From: Escherichia coli
GTDB lineage: Bacteria > Pseudomonadota > Gammaproteobacteria > Enterobacterales > Enterobacteriaceae
Strand: one strand, 5' to 3'
DNA: 64,000 nucleotides
Assembly (NCBI RefSeq): GCF_041248615.1
Contig: NZ_CP158426.1
The notes beneath the pieces were generated by a model. The model worked only from the letters and a program-made list of their open reading frames with translations. It searched no databases and was not told the DNA's origin. Below are positions 1-17,893 of the stretch, in pieces. How positions within the stretch are numbered: position 1 is the first letter of the stretch; every line of letters starts with the position of its first letter. The translations under genes and the position numbers were made by a program.

Positions 1-2
1 AG

Positions 3-626
<624 letters not shown>

Positions 627-651
627 AGCTTAGTACCAAAGAGAGGACACA

Positions 652-1641
652 ATGCAGGGTTCTGTGACAGAGTTTCTAAAACCGCGCCTGGTTGATATCG
701 AGCAAGTGAGTTCGACGCACGCCAAGGTGACCCTTGAGCCTTTAGAGCGTGGCTTTGGCCATACTCTGGGTAACGCACTGCGCCGTATTCTGCTCTCATC
801 GATGCCGGGTTGCGCGGTGACCGAGGTTGAGATTGATGGTGTACTACATGAGTACAGCACCAAAGAAGGCGTTCAGGAAGATATCCTGGAAATCCTGCTC
901 AACCTGAAAGGGCTGGCGGTGAGAGTTCAGGGCAAAGATGAAGTTATTCTTACCTTGAATAAATCTGGCATTGGCCCTGTGACTGCAGCCGATATCACCC
1001 ACGACGGTGATGTCGAAATCGTCAAGCCGCAGCACGTGATCTGCCACCTGACCGATGAGAACGCGTCTATTAGCATGCGTATCAAAGTTCAGCGCGGTCG
1101 TGGTTATGTGCCGGCTTCTACCCGAATTCATTCGGAAGAAGATGAGCGCCCAATCGGCCGTCTGCTGGTCGACGCATGCTACAGCCCTGTGGAGCGTATT
1201 GCCTACAATGTTGAAGCAGCGCGTGTAGAACAGCGTACCGACCTGGACAAGCTGGTCATCGAAATGGAAACCAACGGCACAATCGATCCTGAAGAGGCGA
1301 TTCGTCGTGCGGCAACCATTCTGGCTGAACAACTGGAAGCTTTCGTTGATTTACGTGATGTACGTCAGCCTGAAGTGAAAGAAGAGAAACCAGAGTTCGA
1401 TCCGATCCTGCTGCGCCCTGTTGACGATCTGGAATTGACTGTCCGCTCTGCTAACTGCCTTAAAGCAGAAGCTATCCACTATATCGGTGATCTGGTACAG
1501 CGTACCGAGGTTGAGCTCCTTAAAACGCCTAACCTTGGTAAAAAATCTCTTACTGAGATTAAAGACGTGCTGGCTTCCCGTGGACTGTCTCTGGGCATGC
1601 GCCTGGAAAACTGGCCACCGGCAAGCATCGCTGACGAGTAA
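652..1641 (+). CDS. rpoA: DNA-directed RNA polymerase alpha subunit
   Basis: 329 aa [23 protein letters not shown]... recognised as RpoA; RBS gagagg upstream. Confidence 0.97.
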
Positions 1642-1657
1642 CCGGATCACAGGTTAA

Positions 1658-2065
<408 letters not shown>

Positions 2066-2080
2066 TCTGAAGCAACGTAA

Positions 2081-2108
2081 AAAAACCCGCCCCGGCGGGT
2101 TTTTTTAT
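2081..2108 (+). terminator. rho-independent terminator of alpha operon
   Basis: GC hairpin aaaaacccgccccggcgggttttttt followed by T-run directly after rplQ stop. Confidence 0.85.
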
Positions 2109-2171
2109 ACCCGTAGTATCCCCACTTATCTACAATAGCTGTACTCTTTTTGTTCATCCCCTGGAGTATTT

Positions 2172-2540
2172 ATGTGGTTACTTGACCAGTGGGCAGAGCG
2201 TCATATTACTGAGGCACAATCCAAAGGTGAGTTTGATAATCTTCCGGGAAGTGGCGAGCCATTGATTCTGGATGATGATTCACACGTGCCACCAGAATTA
2301 CGTGCGGGGTATCGCTTGCTGAAGAATGCTGGTTGCTTACCGCCAGAACTTGAGCAGCGGAGGGAAGCAATTCAGCTTCTGGATATCCTCAAAGGTATCC
2401 GTCACGATGATCCGCAATATCAAGAGGTTAGTCGTCGATTGTCATTACTGGAATTGAAGCTGCGACAAGCTGGATTGAGTACCGATTTTTTACGCGGCGA
2501 TTATGCTGACAAGTTGTTGAACAAAATCAACGATAACTAG
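2172..2540 (+). CDS. yhdN: DUF1992 family protein YhdN
   Basis: 122 aa ORF in conserved position between rplQ and zntR. Confidence 0.85.
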   Translation: MWLLDQWAERHITEAQSKGEFDNLPGSGEPLILDDDSHVPPELRAGYRLLKNAGCLPPELEQRREAIQLLDILKGIRHDDPQYQEVSRRLSLLELKLRQAGLSTDFLRGDYADKLLNKINDN

Positions 2541-2550
2541 TGGAGTATGT

Positions 2551-2976
2551 ATGTATCGCATTGGTGAGCTGGCAAAAATGGCGGATGTAACACCCGACAC
2601 GATTCGTTATTACGAAAAGCAGCAGATGATGGAGCATGAAGTACGCACCGAAGGTGGGTTTCGCCTGTATACCGAAAGCGATCTCCAGCGATTGAAATTT
2701 ATCCGCCATGCCAGACAACTTGGTTTCAGTCTGGAGTCGATCCGCGAGTTGCTGTCGATCCGTATCGATCCTGAACACCATACCTGTCAGGAGTCAAAAG
2801 GCATTGTGCAGGAAAGATTGCAGGAAGTCGAAGCACGGATAGCCGAGTTGCAGAGTATGCAGCGTTCCCTCCAACGCCTTAACGATGCCTGTTGTGGGAC
2901 CGCCCATAGCAGTGTTTATTGCTCGATTCTTGAAGCTCTTGAACAAGGGGCGAGTGGCGTTAAGAGTGGCTGTTGA
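2551..2976 (+). CDS. zntR: MerR-family Zn(II)-responsive transcriptional regulator
   Basis: 141 aa, N-terminal MerR HTH (MYRIGELAKMADVTPDTIRYYEKQ), C-terminal Cys residues; synteny. Confidence 0.92.
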   Translation: MYRIGELAKMADVTPDTIRYYEKQQMMEHEVRTEGGFRLYTESDLQRLKFIRHARQLGFSLESIRELLSIRIDPEHHTCQESKGIVQERLQEVEARIAELQSMQRSLQRLNDACCGTAHSSVYCSILEALEQGASGVKSGC

Positions 2977-3031
2977 TTTTTTACACTGGCAGGATTACAC
3001 TCGCGCCGTTAAATAACCAACTGGAGTTTTT

Positions 3032-3250
3032 ATGAGCCGATATCAGCATACTAAAGGGCAGATAAAGGATAATGCGATAGAAGCATTACTACATGATCCC
3101 TTATTCCGACAGCGCGTAGAGAAAAATAAGAAGGGGAAAGGCAGTTACATGCGAAAAGGAAAACATGGCAATCGGGGGAACTGGGAGGCCAGTGGCAAGA
3201 AAGTAAATCACTTTTTTACCACTGGCCTTCTGCTTTCAGGCGCTTGTTAA
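3032..3250 (+). CDS. arfA: alternative ribosome-rescue factor A
   Basis: 72 aa [42 protein letters not shown]... recognised as ArfA (YhdL); 3' end overlaps mscL stop convergently. Confidence 0.88.
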
Positions 3251-3657
3251 GAGCGGTTATTCTGCTCTTTCAGCAAATCACGAATTTCTGTCAGTAATAC
3301 TTCTTCTTTAGTTGGTGCAGGCGCGGCTGCTGGTTCTTCTTTTTTCCGATTCAGTTTGTTGATTAGCTTAATCGCCATAAAGATGGCAAAGGCTACAATC
3401 AGAAAATCAAAGACGTTTTGAATGAAGACACCGTAATGCATCACAACAGCAGGGATATCCCCCTGCGCATCGCGTAGCGTGACAGCAAACTGTTTGAAAT
3501 CGATCCCGCCAATTAATAACCCCAGAGGTGGCATAATGATATCGGCAACCAGTGAAGATACAATCTTCCCGAATGCCGCACCGATAATGACACCCACCGC
3601 CAAATCCACCACGTTCCCGCGCATCGCAAATTCGCGAAATTCTTTAATAATGCTCAT
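3247..3657 (-). CDS. mscL: large-conductance mechanosensitive channel
   Basis: 136 aa, [46 protein letters not shown]... recognised as MscL. Confidence 0.96.
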
Positions 3658-3786
3658 GTTATTCTCCCTATGAAGCCGACAATCATAAGTCTAACAAATG
3701 TTAAGCTATTTTCCTGCCAGGAGTGAATTTAATTAATCCCTGATAATCAAAGGGAAATAATAAGGCGTCATTAGACGCCTTATTAA

Positions 3787-5163
3787 TTACAAGAAGAAAG
3801 GACTTGGCTGGAAGAGTCTTTCGACGTCGGTAATAAACTTTTTATCTGTGAGGAACATAATTACGTGATCGCCTTGCTCAATGCGCAGATTGTCATTGGC
3901 AATCATCACGTCGTTTCCACGTACCACCGCTCCAATAATCGTTCCTGGCGGTAGCTTGATTTCATCAATGACTCTGCCGACAACGCGTGAGGTACTTTCA
4001 TCACCGTGAGCAACGGCTTCAATAGCTTCTGCTACGCCGCGGCGCAATGAGGAAACACCAACAATATCTGCTTTTCGCACATGGCTAAGCAACGCGGAAA
4101 TCGTTGCTTGTTGCGGTGAAATCGCAATATCGATCACGCTCCCCTGAACCAGATCCACATAAGCGCGACGCTGGATCAATACCATCACCTTTTTCGCACC
4201 CATACGTTTGGCGAGCATGGCTGACATGATATTGGCCTCGTCATCGTTGGTGACGGCAATAAACAGATCAACTTGATCGATATGTTCTTCGGCCAGCAGT
4301 TCTTGATCCGACGCATCACCAAAAAAGACGATCGTATTCTGCAACTTTTCCGCCAGTTCGGCAGCGCGCTGCTGATTACGTTCGATGAGTTTGACGCTGT
4401 AATCTTTTTCCAGACGACGCGCCAGCCCTGCACCGATATTACCACCACCAACCAGCATGATCCGCTTATACGGTTTTTCCAGTCGCTGTAATTCACTCAT
4501 CACCGCGCGGATATGCTGTGAAGCGGCAATAAAGAACACTTCATCACCCGCTTCAACAATGGTCGAACCTTGCGGACGAATGGGGCGATCATGGCGGAAA
4601 ATTGCTGCCACACGAGTATCGATATGTGGCATATGCTCGCGCATGGTCGAAAGTGCATTACCAATCAGCGGGCCGCCATAATAGGCTTTAACCACAGCCA
4701 GGCTGACTTTACCCTCAGCGAAGTTCACCACCTGCAATGCGCCGGGATATTCAATCAGTCGGTAAATATTATCGATAACCAACTGCTCTGGTGCGATCAG
4801 ATGATCAATCGGTACAGCATCTGAATGAAATAGCTTATCGGCATCGCGCACGTAGTCTGGTGAGCGGATACGAGCGATGCGATTAGGGGTGTTGAAAAGT
4901 GAGTAGGCTACCTGGCAGGCAACCATATTGGTTTCATCTGAACTGGTTACAGCAACCAGCATATCGGCGTCGTCGGCACCTGCCTCCCGCAATACGCGTG
5001 GATGAGAGCCATGCCCCTGCACGACTCGCAGGTCAAATTTATCCTGCAAGGTCCGCAGACGCTCACCGTTGGTATCGACAACAGTAATATCGTTGTTCTC
5101 GCCAACCAGGTTTTCCGCCAGTGTGCCGCCAACCTGGCCGGCACCCAGAATGATAATTTTCAT
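3787..5163 (-). CDS. trkA: Trk potassium uptake system NAD-binding protein
   Basis: 458 aa, two Rossmann GxGxxG motifs ([21 protein letters not shown]); synteny. Confidence 0.96.
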   Translation of the reverse strand: MKIIILGAGQVGGTLAENLVGENNDITVVDTNGERLRTLQDKFDLRVVQGHGSHPRVLREAGADDADMLVAVTSSDETNMVACQVAYSLFNTPNRIARIRSPDYVRDADKLFHSDAVPIDHLIAPEQLVIDNIYRLIEYPGALQVVNFAEGKVSLAVVKAYYGGPLIGNALSTMREHMPHIDTRVAAIFRHDRPIRPQGSTIVEAGDEVFFIAASQHIRAVMSELQRLEKPYKRIMLVGGGNIGAGLARRLEKDYSVKLIERNQQRAAELAEKLQNTIVFFGDASDQELLAEEHIDQVDLFIAVTNDDEANIMSAMLAKRMGAKKVMVLIQRRAYVDLVQGSVIDIAISPQQATISALLSHVRKADIVGVSSLRRGVAEAIEAVAHGDESTSRVVGRVIDEIKLPPGTIIGAVVRGNDVMIANDNLRIEQGDHVIMFLTDKKFITDVERLFQPSPFFL

Positions 5164-5184
5164 CAGTCGCGACCCGTTATCTCA

Positions 5185-6474
5185 TCACTTTTTGATTAGC
5201 TTAGCGTAAAAGAAGCCGTCGCCCTCTTCGGCACCAGGCAGATTTTGTTTACCCGGTTGCTCTGGTGTTCCTGTTTCGCAAAGTTCGGCATCAGCGGTAC
5301 GTTGCAAAAAGGCTTTAATCTGCAGGCTATTCTCTTCCGGTAACACCGAACAGGTGGCATAGACCAGGGTTCCACCGGATTTTAAATGCGGCCAAATGGC
5401 GTCGAGAATTTCAGACTGCAATTGCGCGAGTTCTGGGATATCGCGATCGCGACGTAACCATTTAATATCCGGATGGCGACGAATCACACCGGTTGCTGAA
5501 CAAGGCGCATCTAATAAAATGCGATCAAACTGTTGCTCGCCACACCATTGGGAAGGGTAACGGCCATCACCTTGTTTCACGGTTGCCTTCATACCAAGGC
5601 GTTTTAAATTGTCGTAAACGCGAGAGAGGCGCTGTTCGTCAATATCAACCGCAACAACCTGCGCTTCTGGTGCCACCTCAAGGATATGCGTTGTTTTACC
5701 GCCGGGGGCGGCACAAAGATCCAGGATGTGTTCACCGTTTTGTGGCGCAAGCCAGGTCATGCAACCTTGTGCTGATGCATCCTGAACGGTAACCCATCCG
5801 TCTTCAAAACCAGGTAGCGCATGAACAGGTGCAGGTGTTTCCAGACGTACAGCATCAGGGTAATCCGCATGCGGGAAACCTTTCATTCCTGCTTCATCCA
5901 GCAATGCAAGCCAGCTGTCGCGGGAATGATGCGTACGATTAACGCGCAGCCACATTGGCGGACGCTGGTTATTGGCTTCGACGATGGATTGCCACTGCTC
6001 TGGATACGCTTTTTGCAGACGCTTCAGCAACCAGGAAGGATGCAGATAACGTGCATCACTGGCATTAAACTCGGCTAATAACTCTTCTTGCTGACGCTGG
6101 AACTGGCGTAATACACCGTTTATCAACCCTTTAAGTTGCGGGCGCTTAATTGCGATAGCGCCTTCAACCGTTTCAGCCAGCGCAGCATGAGGTGGTATGC
6201 GGGTATAAAGCAGTTGATACAAACCAACCATAATCAGGTAATGCACAGTGCGCTGTTTGCCGGTCATCGGACGGGCCATTAACTTATTAATCAGCCAGTC
6301 TAACTGTGAAAGCGTACGCAGTACGCCAAAGCACAACTCTTGAAGAAGTGCTTTGTCTTTATCGGAAACTTTTTGCTGGAGCGGTGGCAGAATGTTGCTT
6401 AATGATTGCCCTTGCTCGACGACTTGTTCAACGGCCTGTGCCGCCATGCTACGTAAATTACGTTGTTTTTTCAT
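5185..6474 (-). CDS. rsmB: 16S rRNA m5C967 methyltransferase
   Basis: ORF 5185..6495; start set at the Met giving 429 aa ([13 protein letters not shown]...); NusB-like N-term plus SAM MTase motifs ([11 protein letters not shown]). Confidence 0.93.
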   Translation of the reverse strand: MKKQRNLRSMAAQAVEQVVEQGQSLSNILPPLQQKVSDKDKALLQELCFGVLRTLSQLDWLINKLMARPMTGKQRTVHYLIMVGLYQLLYTRIPPHAALAETVEGAIAIKRPQLKGLINGVLRQFQRQQEELLAEFNASDARYLHPSWLLKRLQKAYPEQWQSIVEANNQRPPMWLRVNRTHHSRDSWLALLDEAGMKGFPHADYPDAVRLETPAPVHALPGFEDGWVTVQDASAQGCMTWLAPQNGEHILDLCAAPGGKTTHILEVAPEAQVVAVDIDEQRLSRVYDNLKRLGMKATVKQGDGRYPSQWCGEQQFDRILLDAPCSATGVIRRHPDIKWLRRDRDIPELAQLQSEILDAIWPHLKSGGTLVYATCSVLPEENSLQIKAFLQRTADAELCETGTPEQPGKQNLPGAEEGDGFFYAKLIKK

Positions 6475-6519
6475 AAGTATAAAAATGCCCGGCAAGACCG
6501 GGCTTAGAAGAGTGGACTA

Positions 6520-7467
6520 TCAGACCAGACGGTTGCCCGGAACAAACCATTCCCGACGAGAATTCAGGAGGTCTTGCGCGCTCATCGCTTTCTTACCCGC
6601 AGGTTGTAACGAGAGCAGGTTCAGGATGCCATCACCAGTCGCAACCTGAATGCCTTGTTTATTGGCTTCAAGGATCGTTCCTGGTGCAGCGTTGGTTGCC
6701 GTATCAATGACCGACGCTTTCCAGACTTTAACCGGCTGTCCTTCAATTTCCAGCCAGCTCATTGGCCATGGATTGAAAGCGCGAATGCAGCGTTCAAGCT
6801 GCGCTGCCGAAAGCGACCAGTCAATACGCGCTTCTTCTTTACTCAACTTTTCGGCGTAAGTGACAAGAGTTTCGTCCTGAACTTCTGGTTTCGCCGTGCC
6901 GTCTGCCAGTTGTTTCAATGTGGTGATAAGCCCTTGTGGGCCAAGCTCTGCCAGCTTGTCGTACAGCATACCACTGGTATCTTCTGTAGTAATCGGGCAG
7001 GAGAGCTTATAGAGCATGTCACCGGTGTCTAAACCAACATCCATTTGCATAATGGTCACACCAGTTTCTGCATCACCCGCCCATAGTGAGCGTTGGATTG
7101 GTGCAGCACCGCGCCAGCGTGGCAACAGTGAACCATGAACGTTGATACAGCCAAGACGCGGCATCTCCAGCACAGCTTTCGGCAGAATTAAACCATAGGC
7201 GACGACGACCATAACATCAGCCTGCAGATCGGCGACCAGTTGCTGGTTTTCTTGTGGACGCAGGGAAACAGGTTGAAAAACGGGCAGACCTTTTTCCTCA
7301 GCCAGAACTTTAACCGGGCTGGGCATCAGTTTTTTACCGCGTCCTGCCGGTCGGTCTGGCTGGGTGAACACGCCAACGACGTTATGACCAGAAGACAACA
7401 GCGCGTCGAGATGACGCGCTGCAAAGTCAGGTGTACCCGCAAAAATAATACGTAGTGATTCTGACAC
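6520..7467 (-). CDS. fmt: methionyl-tRNA formyltransferase
   Basis: 315 aa, [24 protein letters not shown]...; def-fmt operon arrangement. Confidence 0.96.
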   Translation of the reverse strand: MSESLRIIFAGTPDFAARHLDALLSSGHNVVGVFTQPDRPAGRGKKLMPSPVKVLAEEKGLPVFQPVSLRPQENQQLVADLQADVMVVVAYGLILPKAVLEMPRLGCINVHGSLLPRWRGAAPIQRSLWAGDAETGVTIMQMDVGLDTGDMLYKLSCPITTEDTSGMLYDKLAELGPQGLITTLKQLADGTAKPEVQDETLVTYAEKLSKEEARIDWSLSAAQLERCIRAFNPWPMSWLEIEGQPVKVWKASVIDTATNAAPGTILEANKQGIQVATGDGILNLLSLQPAGKKAMSAQDLLNSRREWFVPGNRLV

Positions 7468-7481
7468 GTTAATTCTTATCC

Positions 7482-7991
7482 TTAAGCCCGGGCTTTCAGA
7501 CGATCCAGTTTTTCAACTTTCTGACGAATACGTTGTTGTTTCAGCGGTGACAGATAATCCATAAACAGTTTGCCGACCAGGTGATCCATCTCATGCTGAA
7601 TACAGATGGCTAACAGACCGTCTGCTTCCAGTTCAAATGGTTTACCGTCGCGGTCCAGGGCGCGAATTTTAACTTTCTCTGCGCGTGGCACTAAAGCACG
7701 TTGTTCAGGGATCGACAGGCAACCTTCTTCAATGCCTGTTTCGCCGCTTTTTTCTAAAAGCTCCGGATTGATTAACACCAGCCGTTCGTCACGGTTTTCC
7801 GAAACATCAATAACAATGATACGTTGATGGATATCAACCTGGGTTGCCGCCAGGCCAATACCTTCTTCTGCGTACATCGTCTCGAACATATCATCGACGA
7901 TACGCTGAATTTCTGCATTCACTTCTTCTACCGGTTTAGCAACTTTGCGAAGCCGCTCGTCCGGAATATGTAACACTTGCAAAACTGACAT
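7482..7991 (-). CDS. def: peptide deformylase
   Basis: 169 aa, motifs [18 protein letters not shown]. Confidence 0.97.
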
Positions 7992-8120
7992 AAATCTCCA
8001 GAGATGTGTTCAGGAGTTAGAAAGATTATTTCTTCTATTCTAGACAAATCCCCCTCTGATTGACAGCATCACTGACCAATCGCAAAGATTGCTAAGGCTG
8101 CTTATGGCAGGGAGATAAGG

Positions 8121-9245
8121 ATGGTCGATACAGAAATTTGGCTGCGTTTAATGAGCATCAGCAGCTTGTACGGCGATGATATGGTCCGTATAGCTCACTG
8201 GCTGGCAAAACAGTCGCATATTGATGCGGTTGTATTGCAGCAAACTGGGCTTACATTGCGGCAGGCACAACGCTTTCTTTCATTTCCGCGAAAGAGTATC
8301 GAAAGCTCACTTTCTTGGTTGGAGCAACCCAACCATCATTTAATTCCTGCGGAAAGCGAGTTTTATCCTCCTCAACTTCTTGCGACGACAGATTACCCCG
8401 GCGCACTGTTTGTTGAAGGAGAACTGCACGCGCTGCATTCATTTCAGCTTGCCGTAGTGGGGAGTCGGGCGCATTCATGGTATGGCGAGCGATGGGGACG
8501 ATTATTTTGCGAAACTCTGGCGACGCGTGGAGTGACAATTACGAGTGGACTGGCGCGTGGAATCGATGGTGTGGCGCATAAAGCGGCCTTACAGGTAAAT
8601 GGCGTCAGCATTGCTGTATTAGGGAATGGACTTAATACCATTCATCCGCGTCGCCATGCCCGACTGGCTACCAGTTTGCTTGAACATGGTGGGGCTCTTG
8701 TCTCGGAATTTCCCCTCGATGTTCCTCCCCTTGCTTACAATTTCCCACGAAGAAATCGCATTATCAGTGGTCTAAGTAAAGGTGTACTGGTGGTGGAAGC
8801 GGCTTTGCGCAGTGGTTCGCTGGTGACAGCACGTTGTGCGCTTGAGCAGGGGCGTGAAGTTTTTGCCTTGCCGGGTCCATTAGGGAATCCGGGAAGCGAA
8901 GGGCCTCACTGGTTAATAAAACAAGGTGCGATTCTTGTGACGGAACCGGAAGAAATTCTGGAAAACTTGCAATTTGGATTGCACTGGTTGCCAGACGCCC
9001 CTGAAAATTCATTTTATTCACCAGATCAGGAAGACGTGGCATTGCCATTTCCTGAGCTTCTGGCTAACGTAGGAGATGAGGTAACACCTGTTGACGTCGT
9101 CGCTGAACGTGCCGGCCAACCTGTGCCAGAGGTAGTAACTCAACTACTCGAACTGGAGTTAGCAGGATGGATCGCAGCTGTACCCGGCGGCTATGTCCGA
9201 TTGAGGAGGGCATGCCATGTTCGACGTACTAATGTATTTGTTTGA
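8121..9245 (+). CDS. dprA: DNA processing protein DprA (Smf)
   Basis: 374 aa, divergent from def as in E. coli; Rossmann-like DprA core. Confidence 0.9.
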
Positions 9246-9690
9246 AACCTATATTCACACAGAAGCTGAGTTGCGTGTGGATCAAGACAAACTTGAACAG
9301 GATCTTACCGACGCAGGATTTGATCGAGAAGATATCTACAATGCCCTGCTTTGGCTGGAAAAGCTTGCGGATTATCAGGAAGGACTGGCAGAACCGATGC
9401 AACTGGCCTCTGATCCACTCTCCATGCGTATTTATACCCCTGAAGAGTGTGAAAGGCTGGATGCCAGCTGTCGTGGTTTTCTGCTTTTCCTTGAGCAAAT
9501 TCAGGTGCTTAACCTTGAAACCCGTGAAATGGTGATAGAGCGAGTGCTCGCGCTGGATACCGCAGAGTTCGACCTGGAAGACCTGAAATGGGTAATCCTG
9601 ATGGTGTTGTTCAATATTCCGGGCTGCGAAAATGCGTACCAGCAAATGGAAGAATTACTCTTTGAAGTGAATGAAGGTATGCTGCATTAA
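9217..9690 (+). CDS. smg: protein Smg (DUF494)
   Basis: 157 aa, overlaps dprA 3' end by 29 nt; conserved synteny. Confidence 0.88.
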
Positions 9691-9718
9691 TCATTTCTTT
9701 AATTCAGCATAAGTTGTT

Positions 9719-10261
9719 ATGGCAAAATCAGCACTGTTCACGGTGCGTAATAATGAGTCCTGCCCAAAGTGCGGGGCTGAACTGGTTATTCGATCCGGGA
9801 AACACGGTCCGTTTCTTGGATGCTCACAGTATCCGGCGTGTGACTACGTCCGTCCTCTGAAATCTTCAGCGGATGGACATATCGTCAAAGTTCTGGAGGG
9901 GCAGGTTTGCCCTGCATGTGGCGCAAATCTGGTATTACGCCAGGGACGCTTTGGTATGTTTATTGGTTGCAGTAACTACCCTGAATGCGAACATACCGAA
10001 CTTATCGATAAACCGGACGAAACAGCAATTACATGCCCCCAATGCCGGACGGGCCATCTGGTCCAGCGCCGCTCCCGTTATGGCAAAACGTTTCACTCCT
10101 GTGATCGCTACCCGGAGTGTCAATTTGCCATTAACTTCAAACCCATAGCTGGAGAATGCCCTGAGTGTCATTATCCGCTACTCATCGAAAAGAAAACCGC
10201 GCAGGGTGTAAAACACTTTTGTGCCAGTAAACAATGTGGAAAGCCGGTTTCGGCGGAATAA
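9719..10261 (+). CDS. yrdD: topoisomerase-type C4 zinc-ribbon DNA-binding protein YrdD
   Basis: 180 aa with repeated CPxCG...C...C zinc-ribbon motifs ([33 protein letters not shown]). Confidence 0.88.
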   Translation: MAKSALFTVRNNESCPKCGAELVIRSGKHGPFLGCSQYPACDYVRPLKSSADGHIVKVLEGQVCPACGANLVLRQGRFGMFIGCSNYPECEHTELIDKPDETAITCPQCRTGHLVQRRSRYGKTFHSCDRYPECQFAINFKPIAGECPECHYPLLIEKKTAQGVKHFCASKQCGKPVSAE

Positions 10262-10265
10262 TAAC

Positions 10266-10838
10266 GTGAATAATAACCTGCAAGGAGACGCTATCGCAGC
10301 TGCGATAGATGTCCTCAATGAAGAACGTGTCATCGCCTATCCAACGGAAGCCGTTTTCGGTGTCGGGTGCGATCCTGATAGCGAAACAGCAGTGATGCGA
10401 CTGTTGGAGTTAAAACAGCGTCCGGTTGATAAGGGGCTGATTCTAATCGCCGCAAATTACGAGCAGCTTAAACCCTATATTGATGACACCATGCTGACTG
10501 ATGCGCAGCGTGAAACCATTTTTTCCCGCTGGCCAGGTCCTGTCACCTTTGTCTTTCCCGCGCCGGCGACAACACCGCGCTGGTTGACGGGCCGCTTTGA
10601 TTCGCTTGCTGTACGAGTCACCGACCATCCGTTGGTGGTTGCTTTGTGCCAGGCTTATGGTAAACCGCTGGTTTCTACCAGTGCCAACTTGAGTGGATTG
10701 CCACCTTGTCGAACAGTAGACGAAGTTCGCGCACAATTTGGCGCGGCGTTCCCGGTTGTGCCTGGTGAAACGGGGGGGCGTTTAAATCCTTCAGAAATCC
10801 GCGATGCCCTGACGGGTGAACTGTTTCGACAGGGGTAA
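10266..10838 (+). CDS. tsaC: threonylcarbamoyl-AMP synthase
   Basis: ORF 10221..10838; start assigned to GTG at 10266 giving 190 aa ([37 protein letters not shown]...), YrdC/Sua5 fold. Confidence 0.88.
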
Positions 10839-10842
10839 CATA

Positions 10843-11661
10843 ATGGAAACCTATGCTGTTTTTGGTAATCCGATAGCCCACAGCAAATCGCCATTCATTC
10901 ATCAGCAATTTGCTCAGCAACTGAATATTGAACATCCCTATGGGCGCGTGTTGGCACCCATCAATGATTTCATCAACACACTGAACGCTTTCTTTCGTGC
11001 TGGTGGTAAAGGTGCGAATGTGACGGTGCCTTTTAAAGAAGAGGCTTTTGCCAGAGCGGATGAGCTTACTGAACGGGCAGCGTTGGCTGGTGCTGTTAAC
11101 ACCCTCAAGCGGTTAGAAGATGGACGCTTGCTGGGTGACAATACCGATGGTGTAGGCTTGTTAAGCGATCTGGAACGTCTGTCTTTTATCCGTCCTGGTT
11201 TACGTATTCTGCTCATTGGCGCTGGTGGAGCATCTCGCGGCGTACTACTGCCACTCCTTTCCCTGGACTGTGCGGTGACAATCACTAATCGGACGGTATC
11301 TCGCGCGGAAGAGTTGACTAAATTGTTTGCGCACACTGGCAGTATTCAGGCGTTGGGTATGGACGAACTGGAAGGTCATGAGTTTGATCTCATTATTAAT
11401 GCAACATCCAGTGGCATCAGTGGTGATATTCCGGCGATCCCGTCATCGCTCATTCATCCAGGCATTTATTGCTATGACATGTTCTATCAGAAAGGAAAAA
11501 CTCCTTTTCTGGCATGGTGTGAGCAGCGAGGCTCAAAGCGTAATGCTGATGGTTTAGGAATGCTGGTGGCACAGGCAGCTCATGCCTTCCTTCTTTGGCA
11601 TGGCGTTCTGCCTGATGTAGAACCGGTCATCAAACTATTGCAACAGGAATTGTCAGCGTGA
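10843..11661 (+). CDS. aroE: shikimate dehydrogenase
   Basis: start at [23 protein letters not shown]... giving 272 aa; NADP-binding GAGGASRG motif. Confidence 0.94.
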   Translation: METYAVFGNPIAHSKSPFIHQQFAQQLNIEHPYGRVLAPINDFINTLNAFFRAGGKGANVTVPFKEEAFARADELTERAALAGAVNTLKRLEDGRLLGDNTDGVGLLSDLERLSFIRPGLRILLIGAGGASRGVLLPLLSLDCAVTITNRTVSRAEELTKLFAHTGSIQALGMDELEGHEFDLIINATSSGISGDIPAIPSSLIHPGIYCYDMFYQKGKTPFLAWCEQRGSKRNADGLGMLVAQAAHAFLLWHGVLPDVEPVIKLLQQELSA

Positions 11662-11915
11662 ATCAGGCCATCCAGTTTCCGGATAGGGAAGAGTGGGACG
11701 AGAATAAAAGATGTGTATGTTTTCCCGCTCTCGTGAATGGTATGCAACTGACATGTGCGATCTCTGGCGAGAGTCTGGCGTATCGCTTTACTGGAGATAC
11801 GCCAGAACAGTGGTTAGCGAGTTTTCGTCAGCATCGCTGGGACCTGGAAGAAGAAGCGGAAAACTTAATTCAGGAACAAAGTGAAGATGATCAAGGTTGG
11901 GTCTGGTTACCTTGA
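11658..11915 (+). CDS. yrdB: DUF1488 protein YrdB
   Basis: 85 aa ORF overlapping aroE stop; synteny. Confidence 0.8.
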   Translation: MNQAIQFPDREEWDENKRCVCFPALVNGMQLTCAISGESLAYRFTGDTPEQWLASFRQHRWDLEEEAENLIQEQSEDDQGWVWLP

Positions 11916-12445
11916 TCCAGATATTCGTCCTTCCATTTCACGTAGTTATTTGCGGAATAGCGTAACCCAGCCTTCTCTTCATCACTTAACGGGCGGATCT
12001 GTTTGACGGGGCTACCGAGATACAGATATCCGCTCTCCAGCCGTTTATTTTGTGGGACCAGGCTACCTGCACCAATCATCACATCATCTTCTACTATTGC
12101 GCCATCAAGTAAAATTGAGCCCATCCCAACCAAAACTCGATTGCCAATGGTGCAGCCGTGGAGCATCACCTTGTGACCAACAGTGACATCTTCGCCAATG
12201 GTTAATGGGTTGCCATCTGGGTTGTACGAGGATTTATGAGTGACATGCAACATACTGCCATCCTGGATATTGGTGCGTGCTCCGATCTGTACATAATGTA
12301 CATCTCCACGAATAACAACGAGCGGCCAGATCCCCACATCATCAGCCAGACGAACGTCACCAATCACGACGCTGCTATCGTCGATCATTACGCGCTGACC
12401 GATTTGTGGAAAAAGATCGCGGTATGGGCGTAAAACATCAGACAT
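11891..12445 (-). CDS. yrdA: gamma-class carbonic anhydrase-like hexapeptide-repeat protein
   Basis: ORF 11891..12772 trimmed to the MSDVLRPYRDLFPQIG start (184 aa); left-handed beta-helix hexapeptide repeats; the N-terminal extension in the ORF track runs into the rrn promoter region. Confidence 0.88.
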   Translation of the reverse strand: MSDVLRPYRDLFPQIGQRVMIDDSSVVIGDVRLADDVGIWPLVVIRGDVHYVQIGARTNIQDGSMLHVTHKSSYNPDGNPLTIGEDVTVGHKVMLHGCTIGNRVLVGMGSILLDGAIVEDDVMIGAGSLVPQNKRLESGYLYLGSPVKQIRPLSDEEKAGLRYSANNYVKWKDEYLDQGNQTQP

Positions 12446-12597
12446 AATTACCTCAACAATAAATGATTTACTAATGACTTTGGGTGCATTATTGGCCTTG
12501 TGCAAGTCTTTTAGCATGCAAAAAAGCACCGTTTTGTGTGCGAATGCAGCAAAAAGGGTGAAAAAGCAACAAACAGAAAAAAAGATCAAAAAAGTAC

Positions 12598-12626
12598 TTG
12601 TGCAAAAAATTGGGATCCCTATAATG
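12598..12626 (+). promoter_or_regulatory. rRNA operon promoter P1
   Basis: -35 TTGTGC, 16 bp spacer, -10 TATAAT followed by GC-rich discriminator GCGCC; A/T-rich UP-element-like tract upstream. Confidence 0.75.
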
Positions 12627-12705
12627 CGCCTCCGTTGAGACGACAACGTGAAACACTTCACAAGATGGTCGTAACAACAAAGAGAAAAAATCCTGAAATT
12701 CAGGG

Positions 12706-12733
12706 TTGACTCTGAAAGAGGAAAGCGTAATAT
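12706..12733 (+). promoter_or_regulatory. rRNA operon promoter P2
   Basis: -35 TTGACT, 16 bp spacer, -10 TAATAT, about 110 bp downstream of P1 as in E. coli rrn operons. Confidence 0.7.
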
Positions 12734-12773
12734 ACGCCACCTCGCGACAGTGAGCTGAAAGCCGCGTCGCAAC

Positions 12774-12793
12774 TGCTCTTTAACAATTTATCA
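12774..12793 (+). promoter_or_regulatory. rrn leader boxA antitermination element
   Basis: TGCTCTTTAACAATTTATCA matches the rrn boxA consensus; a second spacer boxA (tgctctttaaaaatc) at 14786-14800. Confidence 0.85.
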
Positions 12794-12917
12794 GACAATC
12801 TGTGTGGGCACTCGAAGATACGGATTCTTAACGTCGCAAGACGATAAATGAATACCAAGTCTCAAGAGTGAACACGTAATTCATTACGAAGTTTAATTCT
12901 TTGAGCATCAAACTTTT

Positions 12918-14459
<1,542 letters not shown>

Positions 14460-14527
14460 CCTTAAAGAAGCGTACTTTGCAGTGCTCACACAGATTGTCT
14501 GATGAAAATGAGCAGTAAAACCTCTAC

Positions 14528-14604
<77 letters not shown>

Positions 14605-14646
14605 AATTTGCACCGCAAATTTGAAGAGGTTTTAACTACATGTTAT

Positions 14647-14722
14647 GGGGCTATAGCTCAGCTGGGAGAGCGCCTGCTTTGCACGCAGGAGGTCTGCGGT
14701 TCGATCCCGCATAGCTCCACCA
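14647..14722 (+). tRNA. alaU: tRNA-Ala (TGC)
   Basis: GGGGCTATAGCTCAGCTGGGAGAGC...CTTTGCACG...GCTCCACCA in spacer. Confidence 0.95.
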
Positions 14723-14896
14723 TCTCTGTAGTGATTAAATAAAAAATACTTCAGAGTGTACCTGCAAAGGTTCACTGCGAAGTTTTGCTCTTTAAAAATC
14801 TGGATCAAGCTGAAAATTGAAACACTGAACAACGAAAGTTGTTCGTGAGTCTCTCAAATTTTCGCAACTCTGAAGTGAAACATCTTCGGGTTGTGA

Positions 14897-17801
<2,905 letters not shown>

Positions 17802-17893
17802 ACAACGCCGAAGATGTTTTGGCGGATGAGAGAAGATTTTCAGCCTGATACAGATTAAATCAGAACGCAGAAGCGGTCTGATAAAACAGAATT

